From positions 3,100,001 to 3,164,000 of the forward strand of contig OX597834.1 of the NCBI GenBank assembly GCA_951406725.2: a stretch of DNA of 64,000 nucleotides. The letters run 5' to 3'. The stretch comes from Octopus vulgaris (taxonomy: Eukaryota). The position numbers and the translations under genes were made by a program. Positions 54,201 through 64,000 of the stretch are shown here, piece after piece (within the stretch, counting starts at the first letter, position 1; the number at the start of each line of letters is the position of its first letter). The notes under the pieces were generated by a model. It did no database searches. It had not been told where the DNA came from and worked only from the letters and a program-made list of their open reading frames with translations.

Positions 54201-57200
54201 CCGCATCGTTCCAGGATCGATCCCACTGTGTTGTAACTTGGCCAAAACTCTATGAATAAAGCTTGACAGATGGAAACTGTACTGAAGCCTGTATGTAGTT
54301 AAGAAGCTTGCTTCTCAGCTCTGCAGTTTCAGGTTCACTCCCACCATGGGGCACCTTGGTCAAGTATCTTGTACTATAGTCCTGGGCTGACCAATGCCTT
54401 CTCAGTAAGTTTCATAGATGGAAACGGTGAGGAAGCTCATTGTGTGTGGGTGTGTCTTTGTGTCTGCCCTTCCATCTCTTGGTATTCACTGTTGGTTTGT
54501 TTATGGCCCCAGTACTTAACAGTTCAACCAAAAAACACTAATAGAATAAATCCCAGTTTTGAAATAAGTAACAAGAATCGATTTGCACATAACCTTTCAA
54601 GGTAGTGCTCCAGCATAGCCACAGTCCAGTGACTGAAACAAGTAAAACAGTTAAAAAGAGTTCATGCATGTTGTATGGTATTTGGTAGGCCTGTATTTGT
54701 CTGTGCTATTCAATGCATCCTACCAACTGCTGAGTTATTTCCCTTTCTTCATATTTTGTTTTCATATATATATATATATATCATCATCATCATCGTTTAG
54801 CGTCCTTTTTCCATGCTAGCTTGGATATATATATATATATATCCTTAGAGGAGAACTTGCAATTGGAACAAGAGAGGCTCAAAATTCCATTTTAAAGACC
54901 AGCTTAAATGGGCCCTGGCTCAAACTAACATCCAGAAATCCTCACGGGAACAGATTGCCATATCCACAATGGAGCCAACTCCTTCGAGCAGAACAAACAA
55001 CAGAAGGAGGAGGTAAAACGCAGGAAAAGGAACATCCTCAACCTGCACTGACCATCCCGCGGGGATTCTGCCCACGACTCTTTCACCACCGACTTGGACT
55101 CCAAAGTCACATTCGACACAAACATCTGCCAAGGAGACTGGATGGAAACTAACAAACCCAATGCTTGGGATACAAGCTGGAGCCAACGATATATATATAT
55201 ATTTATTAGTAAATTTCAGGGTAGCAAAAAAAAAAAGATTATTTAGAAATTTTTTGCTACCAGTGAGAAGAAAAAACTAGTCAATAGACTATATATTATT
55301 CATATAAAAATACAGTGTACATTTAAACACATAAGAGATGGCCATAATAGGATATCTAGCCCGCTAGAAGGATTAGTTAAAATCCAAACCACTGATAGAG
55401 GTAATTTTGGAAGGGAATGAAAAATAAAACATGTTTTTATTTTTCATTCCCATTCAAAATTACCCCTAATTGTAGTTTGGATTTTAACTACTCCTTCTAG
55501 TGGGTCAGATGTTCTATTATGGCCATCTCTTATGTGTTTAAATGTACACTGTATTTATATATATATATATGAAATTCAATTTATATATATCATCATCATC
55601 ATCATCATCGTCGTTTAGCGTCTGTTTTCCATGCTAGCATGGGTTGGACGGTTCTACTGGGGTCTGTGAAGCCAGAAGGCTTCATCAGGCCCAGTCAAAT
55701 CTGGCAGTGTTTCTACGGCTGGATGCCCTTCCTAACGCCAACCACTCCGTGAGTGTAGTGGGTGCTTTTTATGTGCCACCCGCACAGGTGCCAGACAGAG
55801 CTGGCAAACGGCCACGAACAGATGGTGCTTTTTATGTGCCACCGGCTCAAGGGCCAGGCGAGGCTGGCAACGGACACGAAACGGGGCGGTGCTGGCAACG
55901 GTCGCGAAAAGGAAGGTTCTCTTACATGCCACCGGCACTGGTAACACATCTGCAATTTCCATTGATCGATTTCCATTCTGATCCTCACTTGCCTCAACGG
56001 GTCTTCACAAGTAGAGTTTCGACATGCCACCGGCACTGGTAACACATCTGCAATTTCCATTGATCGATTTCCATTCTGATCCTCACTTGCCTCAACAGGG
56101 TCTTCACAAGTAGAGTTTTGTGTCCCAAGAAGGGAAGGTATGCATACGTAGGCTGGCTCCATCCCAAGTAGAAGGCCATGGGTTATGGACTCACTTGTCC
56201 TGCCGGGTCTTCTCACGCACAGCACACTTCCAGAGGACTCGGTCTCTAGTCATTTTCCTCAGTGAGACCTAAAGTTCGAAGGTCGTGCTTCACCACCTCG
56301 TCCCAGGTTTTCCTGGGTCTGCCTCTTCCACAGGTTCCCTCAACCGCTAGGGTGTGGCACTTTTTCACACAACTATCTTCATCCATTCTCGCCACATGAC
56401 CATACCAGCGCAATCGTCTCTCTTGCACACCACAACTGATGCTTCTTAGGTCCAGCTTTTCTCTCAAGGTACTTACACTCTGTCGATTATGAACACTGAC
56501 ATTACACATCCATCGGAGCATACTGGCTTCATTTCTTGCGAGCTTACGCATATCCTCAGCAGTCACGGCCCATGTTTCACTGCCATGTAGCATGGCTGTT
56601 CGTACACACGCATCATACAGTCTGCCTTTCACTCTGTGCGAGAGGCCTTTTGTCACCAGCAGAGGTAAGAGCTCTCTGAACTTTGCCCAAGCTATTCTTA
56701 CTCTAGCAGCTACACTTTCAGCACACCCGCCCCCGCTACTGACTTGGTCACCTAGGTAACGGAAACTATCAACTATTTCTAGTTTTTCTCCCTGGAAAGT
56801 GACGGAAGTTGGTCTCAGAGCATTTTCAGTGTTTATTGTTCCTGAGCATCTGCCACATACAAAAACCATCTTCCTAGTTAGCCTTCCTTTGACATTGCTG
56901 CACCTCTTATGTGTCCATAGCTTACACTTGGTGCATCTTATAGAGTTTCTACCTACACCTTTTCTACAGATCGAGCAGGGCCATCTACCTGAAGGCGTTT
57001 GTGATTTGTCTACCTTCCTACTGATTACGACTTTGGTTTTAGCTAGATTGACTCTGAGGCCCTTCGATTCTAATCCTTGTTTCCACACCTGAAACTTCTC
57101 CTCCAGTTCTGATAGCGACTCAGCAATTAGAGAAAGGTCATCAGCATAGAGGAGCTCCCAAGGGCATCCTGTCTTGAATTCCTCCGTTATTGCCTGGAGG

Positions 57201-60200
57201 ACTATGATAAATAGGAGGGGGCTGAGTACTGAGCCTTGGTGGACCCCTACCTCTACCCGGAATTCTTCACCGTACTCGTTTCCAACCCTCACCCTACTAG
57301 CAGCGTCCCTATACATGGCCCGCACAGCTCTCACTAACCATTCATCTATCCCTAGTTTCCTCATTGCCCACCAGATAAGGGATCGGGGGACCCTGTCGAA
57401 GGCTTTCTCCATGTCAACAAAAGCCAGGTACAGGGGCTTATCTTTGGCTAGGTATTTCTCCTGCAGCTGCCTTACCAGGAATATAGCATCAGTAGTACTT
57501 TTCCCTGGCACAAACCCAAACTGCATCTCATCTAAACTAACTCTCTCTCTAATTAGTTGGGCTATGACCCTCTCCGTAACCTTCATCACCTGATCCAACA
57601 GCTTGATACCTCTGTAGTTATTTGTATCTAGGGCGTCACCTTTACCTTTGTAGCAGTTGACTATTATGCTGCTACACCAGTCATTGTGTGTACTTCTTTG
57701 TGTATCACCTGATTAACTATATGGGTGACTAGGCTATAGCCGACACTACTAGACATTTTGAGCATCTCTGCAGTGATTCCTGATGGGCCTGGGGCTTTTC
57801 CTGTCTTCATGCTTCTAATTGCCTTAGCTACCACGGAACTATCAACTCGGATAGCTGGTCCCTCTGTTGGGTCAACATTCGGCAGACTCTCTTTATCCCA
57901 TTCATTTTCTTTATTCAGCAAACTTTCATAGTGGCATCTCCAAACCTCTCTCTTTGCATCCTCATTTAGCGCAAGTGAACCATCTTCCATGCGAACACAC
58001 TTCTCTCCTACCACATCACGATTCTCTCTCACACACTGTCTTGCAACGCGAAACACCTCCAGTCTTTGGTCCTCACGGCGCATAACATTGGCAAATTTTT
58101 TCTTATCTGCTTCCCCTCTGGCTAAATAAACCTGTCTCTTAGCTTCTCTTTTGGCAGTCTGATACAATTCCCTGCTACCCCCATTTTTCCAGACCTTCCA
58201 AGCCTGTCTCTTTTCTCTAATAGCCCTGTCTACAATATTGTTCCACCACCACGTTATTCTAGGTCGAGAGGGGACTTTGCACCAGCCACAGATCTGGTCA
58301 GTGGCTCTCAGCAGGTTGTCCCTTAGAAACGTCCAGCTGTCTTCTACCCCCTGTATATATATATATATGAAATTTGATTAGAGGTTGTGTTAACATCATG
58401 GGAATACTGGTTCAATACCTGGTATTTTAGCAGAATAAATATCCTCAAGATAATAGGTACATATATAAAAACATTGAGTATATATTCATGTAAAAGAAGA
58501 AAAAGAAAATGGAGATTGGCAAGTTAATAATTGTTTATTATTAACAGCAAATTAATCATCATCATCATTTAACGTCCGCTTTCCATGCTAGCATGGGTTG
58601 GACGATTTGACTGAGGTCTAGCGAACCAAACTCCAATCTGATCTGGCAGAGTTTCTACAGCTGGATGCCCTTCCTAACGCCAACCACTCCAAGAGTGTAC
58701 TGGGTGCTTTTACGTGCCACTGGCACAAGCGCCAGTCTGGTGGTACTAGAAACGGCCATGCCCAAATGGTGCTTTTTACGTGCCACCTGCACAGGAGCCA
58801 GTTCAGCGGCACTGGCGACGTCCTCACTCAAATATTTCACGTGCCACCAGCACAAGTGCTGGTGAGGTGACGCAGTAACAATCACACTTGAATGGTGGGC
58901 TTAACGTGCCATCGGCACAGAGGCCAGCTTGTTGCTCTGGCAACGATCTCACTCGTGTGGTACTCTTAGCACTCCACTAGCAACGGATGCCAGTCACCGA
59001 ATTTGATTTCGACTTCGATGAGGATTAATAATAATGATTGTTGTTAATAATAAACAATCATTAACTTCCCAGTCTCCATTTTCTTTTTTATATATATATA
59101 ACTAGCAGTATCGCCCGGCGTTGCTCGGGTTTGTAAGGGAAATAACTATATAAGCATTTTTAGAGAGTTACTTCCCTTATAGATGCCAATTCGGGCTTTC
59201 TTAGCCATTTCTGTTTTGGTGTCTTCAAGCCATGAAGTCATTGTTCTAAAAGAACGCTGGTCTCCTTGACAACGCTTTACGACGTTGATTTCCTTACACT
59301 CCCTTCCCCACAGCTTCACGAGGGAGGGAAGGGGGAGAAGCAAACAGGTGCAGGTGTGACCATAGACACCAACTCCGCCGCCATTGACACACGAAAAATT
59401 ATGCATTAAAATGGAATAAAAAATTATGTTAAATTATTTTTAAAATCGTAGACTCATCGTAGACACGCACTAATACTCAGACGGGCTCGATATGAATCAC
59501 GACTATAAGATACCCGAATTTGGTTAAACTGCACCGCAAAATGTGGGAGTAGTTAGGAATCTAAATCGAAGGGGACAGACACTCACACAACTACAGTTTT
59601 ATATATATAGATATATCTGACACTCCGTCAGTTACAACGATGAGGGTCCTAGTTGATCCGATCAATAGAGCAGCCTTCTTGTGAAAGTTATATGCAAGTG
59701 GCTGAGCACTCCACAGACACGTGTAACCCATAACATAGTTCTCAGGGAGATTCAGTGTGACATAGAATGGGACTAGGCTGGTCCCTTTCAGGTACAACTC
59801 ATTTTTGCCAGCTGAGTGGACAGAAGCAGCGGGAAATAAAGTGTCTTGCTCAAGAACACAGCATGCCACCGGGAACTGAACTCACAACCTTATGAACATG
59901 AGCCAACCACCTTAACCCCTAAGCCATGTACCTTCACTATATGTGTGTGTGTGTGTGTGTCTTATGTTGTCAGATGTATGACTGCTACAGTTTGGAGCTC
60001 CTGTTGGATTATCCTCATCCTGTCTGCTTCCAGGAGAGTGGTTAAGTACTAATTAGTATTACTCATTATGATATTCTGAACATTAGCACTAATTTATAAC
60101 AATTAATCCCTATGTACATTTCACCCATTGTAGTTATTTGGAAAGACAGCATGGCATGTTCCTCGAATTCTTGGATACTTAACCACAACGCAATTAGTTG

Positions 60201-62290
60201 AGTTATCTCCCTTCCATCGGCACTCCAAACGTAGCAGTCCATGGGATTGAAATCTGCTGGGTTTGGAGACTACAAGTTTGATGTTGTATGATCATAAAGA
60301 TTGTCTGACATCCATTCTTGGGTTTGTTGGGTTTTGTGAGAAGGTGCCGAGTCTTGTTGAAACATTTACTGTTTTCCACTGCTTATCTCGTATATCTAGG
60401 GCTTAACATCCGTCTCCAGTACTACTTCGTATCTGATAACATTAATTCTAAGACTCTGGAAAGATGTGAGGTGGCATGACACGACCTTTTTTACTCATCA
60501 TTCCTAAAACCATCAGATTTACTGGAAATTGAATGTGCATCACTCTGGCAATATCAGAAAGATCTGCACTTAACCATTTGTCTTTTCTCCTGTTAGACTT
60601 TTGGCCTTGGTTGAAGCTTTTCTCATCAGAGAATAACCAAAGCATGACATGTTCACAGGGGCTTTTAACCTTGTAATATAATGGCTTGACACAAATCAGA
60701 CAGTTTTCTTTTGTCTTTGAAGACATGAATTAGCCTCTCCTCAGAACAAACACAACTTGTGTAGAATGTCCTCTCGCACCACAGTTCTGACCGTCCGTCC
60801 AATTACTGAAGTTCTTTGGCAGTGTCCCTTATTCTTTTTCCAGGATCATCATCAATAATATTCCGAGCCCACTGGATGAATTGCAGTCTCCTAAAAGATT
60901 CCAAACATTTAGAATATTTTCCTTTTTTTGTCTTTCATACAATTGAAATATTCCCACCAGAGACGTTGCGATGCCATCTGGACTTTTTGTACAAAAGATT
61001 TTGCAACATTTAGAAAGTTGGCAATATCTACACTGCCAAGTTCTTTATATATGGCAACAATGACTGCATGTTTTTCCATTTCTTGTGTTAGTATTTTATC
61101 TGAAAGTAATAAAAATTTTTTTAATTGGTTTAAAGAGAGTAATATACTTACTGGTAATTATTTTCAAAAATAAAATTCCACCTTTTTACACACACATATA
61201 TATATATATATATTTTTATTATACATAAACCGATATTATTTTTATTACTCTTTTTCCATGCTTGTATGGCTTTGACAAAACTTTATGGGGACAGATTCTT
61301 CAGATTTGCAGATGCATGTCACTAAACCTCAAGACAACATCCTTGCTAATATAACATGTAGCGTTTTAATGGAGGACTCTCCTGTTGAAGATGACAAATG
61401 AGTGGTCAGCTTTTGCCAAAGGACTTATATAAATGATTTATCTATAGTGGCTGTGGTAAAAAGCTTGCTTACCAACCACATGGTTCTGGGTTCAGTTCCA
61501 CTGTGTGGCACTTTGGGCAACTGTGTTCTACTATAGCCTTGGGCTGACCAAAGCCTTGTTAGTGGATTTGGTAGATGGAAACTGAAAGAAGCCTGTCGTA
61601 TATATGTGTATATATATATATATATAATATATGTGTGTGTGTGTGTGTGTTTATGTGTTTGTATTTCTCCCCTCAACATCACTTGACAACCGATGATGGT
61701 GTGTGTTTAAGTCCTCGTAACTTAGCGGTTTGGCAAAAGAGACCAATAGAATAAGTACTAGGCTTACAAAGAATAAGTCCTGGGGTTGATTTGCTTGACT
61801 GAAGACGGTGCTCCAGCATGGCCGCAGTCAAATGACTGAAACAAATAAAAGAATAAATGTTCATGCCTCCCATTAGTTCACTCTCTCTATAAAAACCGAC
61901 AGGTGCACAGGTGTGCCACACGTCAGGTGTCGAAGTGATTGCAGAGCAACATGATATGAAGTGTATTGTTCAAGAACACAGAGCACTACCTGCTCCAGGA
62001 ATTGAAACCTTTATCGTTAGATCGTGAGTGCAACACCCTAACAACTATGCCATGCACCCTCAGATTTAATAATGTTTTAATAATAATAATAATCCTTTCT
62101 ACTATAAGCACAAGGCCTGAGATTTTAGGGGAGGAGGTAAGTCAACCCCAGTGTGCAACTGGTACTTAATTTAGTGATCCTGAAAGGATGAAAGGCAAAA
62201 TCAACCTTGACAGAATTCATCTCAGAATGTAAAGAAGGACAAAATACTGCTAAGCATTTTGCCCAGTGTGCAATCCTTCAGGTCACCACC

Positions 62291-62328
<38 letters not shown>

Positions 62329-63739
62329 TATGATAATGATAATAATAATAATGATGATGATGATGATGATGATACTTATAATAATAATGTTCTTCTGCTT
62401 GTGTATTTCAGAGAGCAGCGGCTCCAAGATACTTCAAGGTGTGCCTTTTGCCATTAAGGACAACTTTAGTACAGAAGGTGTACGTACAACATGTGCCTCA
62501 GCAATGTTGCACAATTATGTGCCACCCTACAATGCCACAGTTGTAGAGAAATTACTGCAACAAGGTGCCACCATAATTGGCAAGACAAACATGGATGAGT
62601 TTGCCATGGGGTAAGTAGTGTTATTGCAATGCTGATAATGATGATTTCCAAGAACCAGAACCAATACCACAAGGTATCTAGTCCCACTAACCTACCACCC
62701 TTGATTGCTACTGTTCTTCTAACTCTTGAAAGGACGTAAAGCTAAGTTGACCTCAGTGGGACTTGAGTTCAAAGTGCAACATGTTGGCACAAACACCATA
62801 AGGCATTCTCATTGGGTCCAACAATCCCACTTAGCCTCTCAGGCCAACAAAAGCCTTGTGAGTGGATTCGGTGGACAGAAGCTGGAAAAAGTCTGCTGCA
62901 GGACATCATCATTTAATGTCCACTTTCCATGCTGGCATCGGTGAGATGCGGTTGTGTATATGTGTGAATGTCTGTGTGTATTTATGTGTGTATCCTTGTC
63001 TCAACATCATGGGATGGTTGTAAACGAACATCACCATCAAACAGTCGGGTTTGTTTGTTTCTAGTCTTCAATGAAAAACATGTCTGACCACAGGAAGATA
63101 CTTTGCCAGGAAACGGGGAAGGGTTGATGACAGGGCAGGCATCCAGCTGTGGAAAATCTGCCTCAACAAATTCTGTCCATCCCATTCCAGCACAGAAAAG
63201 TGGATTTTATATGATGATGATCCCTGTTAACACTTTAATTAAACTCTGATGCTCCACTGCCTCAGTTGTGTAATTCCATAGATCTATGATCTAAAGGTAC
63301 AACAAGTCCCAAAGATCAAACCTAGAAAATTTGTGTTTTGTCTTTCAGTTTTGTTTGATTTTCTTCTTGAAATCTTGTTTCTTTCTTATTTTATTACCAA
63401 AAGGAATATTTCTACTTTCAGCGCCGGCAGCATTGACGGCCACTTTGGACCCGTGAAGAACCCTTGGAACTATCCATTTCCCTGCTCCACCCCCAAACAT
63501 TCGACTGGTCCGAAAGGAAATTTAGAGAGTAACAATGATAAACCTATCCAACCTACCATCTCAGGAAATGAGGTAAGGGACAGCTCGACCCCCCCTCAGA
63601 GGCCATGGGACCAACAGACAGACAACTTGTTAAGCCATGAAAGGAGACACGAACAGTGGTTGGACGATGAGGATTGGTTCATTACTGGAGGAAGTTCTGG
63701 TGGGAGCGCTGTCGCAGTGGCTTCAGGAATTGCATTTGG
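51223..63739 (+). CDS. QRSL1: Glutamyl-tRNA(Gln) amidotransferase subunit A, mitochondrial (GatA); first 4 exons, gene continues beyond the window
   Basis: Exons 51223-51258, 54015-54180, 62412-62610, 63422-63739 are GT-AG and in phase. Amidase-signature motifs: [48 protein letters not shown]. Confidence 0.93.
52490..53090 (+). mobile_element. Internally deleted Tc1/mariner (maT/DD37D-like) transposase remnant
   Basis: [44 protein letters not shown]. Confidence 0.85.
53381..53955. repeat. Inverted repeat with arms of about 190 bp just upstream of QRSL1 exon 2
   Basis: 53381-53576 versus 53768-53955, with scattered mismatches. Confidence 0.88.
54015..54180 (+). CDS. QRSL1: QRSL1 exon 2 ([35 protein letters not shown]...)
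   Basis: Acceptor tttttgcAG, donor G|GTAAAT; GatA N-terminal pattern. Confidence 0.9.
54843..55188 (+). mobile_element. 3' fragment of another RTE-type LINE with a degenerate C-terminal C2H2 finger
   Basis: Remnant (C)[21 protein letters not shown]; TA flanks. Confidence 0.6.
55303..55560. repeat. Spacerless imperfect palindrome of about 255 bp
   Basis: Centre AAAACATGTTTT at 55426-55437; the arms pair out to TACAGTGTACATTTAAACACATAAGAGATGGCC. Confidence 0.9.
55589..58352 (-). mobile_element. 5'-truncated RTE-clade LINE with a PHD-like Cys-rich insert, in QRSL1 intron 2
   Basis: ORFs 57664-58167 (KAPGPSG) and 56246-57598 (QFGF, DMEKAFD, QGSVLSP, YADD, CSIC...CTKC...HKRC...CGRC); 3' UTR ends in a (GAT)n tail; flanked by (TA)n. 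Confidence 0.93.
58555..59020 (-). mobile_element. Short non-coding element sharing the 3' UTR and tail of the RTE LINE (related copies at about 44785-45175, 47850-48340, 52070-52230, 53215-53317)
   Basis: CATCATCATTTAACGTCCGCTTTCCATGCTAGCATGGGTTGGACG...GGATGCCCTTCCTAACGCCAACCACTCC matches 55590-55760. Confidence 0.75.
59102..59611 (-). mobile_element. Non-autonomous Helitron (about 510 bp)
   Basis: Minus strand reads a|TCTATATATATAAAA...CCCGAGCAACGCCGGG (hairpin) CGATACTG CTAG|t; A/T insertion site without TSD. Confidence 0.85.
60100..61190 (-). mobile_element. Decayed Tc1/mariner (maT-like) remnant
   Basis: [11 protein letters not shown]...[23 protein letters not shown]. Confidence 0.72.
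62412..62610 (+). CDS. QRSL1: QRSL1 exon 3 (...[12 protein letters not shown]...[11 protein letters not shown])
   Basis: Acceptor tttcAG, donor GTAAGT; catalytic Lys motif. Confidence 0.95.
63422..63739 (+). CDS. QRSL1: QRSL1 exon 4 ([15 protein letters not shown]...[22 protein letters not shown])
   Basis: Acceptor tttcAG, donor GG|GTAAGA; amidase signature GGSSGGS. Confidence 0.93.
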
Positions 63740-64000
63740 GTAAGATGTCTAGTTTCTCACATTTTATTATATTCTTAAGAGGTCAAGGTCAGGTCAAGTC
63801 AAGGTCAGCATCACAAGGTCAATTACTATACAAACACATTATACATTCGTTCTGTTTGTTCTTGTTATTATTGCTTAGCCCCAAGTCAATTACTGATAAA
63901 GCTGATATATGATCAGAGGTTTCCATCTGTGACCATCTCATCTTTTATTCAGGCATTGTATATCTAGGACTGCATGAAATGATATGCGCTTCTTTGATGT

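Overview
Microsatellite- and repeat-rich animal genomic DNA. The SINE families and repeat landscape suggest an octopus or other coleoid cephalopod; this is an inference. Two nuclear genes for mitochondrial proteins sit head-to-head with 567 bp between their start codons: a complete 9-exon RTN4IP1 on the minus strand (36717-50655, 413 aa) and the first 4 exons of QRSL1/GatA on the plus strand (51223 to beyond the window). The same divergent pair exists in human. The rest is a dense mobile-element landscape. It includes a near full-length R4/Dong-type RLE retrotransposon and a second truncated one, both in (TAA)n; a pogo (POGK-like) transposon with intact TIRs and one nonsense codon; RTE LINEs; Tx1/L1-like 3' fragments at (GATA)n; a decayed Penelope-like element; two non-autonomous Helitrons; a hAT MITE; mariner remnants; and three SINE families. 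The most notable structures are several long intronic inverted repeats near exons, a hammerhead-like motif, a diverged partial copy of RTN4IP1 exon 8, and a foldback 5' junction. I found no convincing wholly new biological system. Exon boundaries were read base by base; repeat boundaries are approximate.
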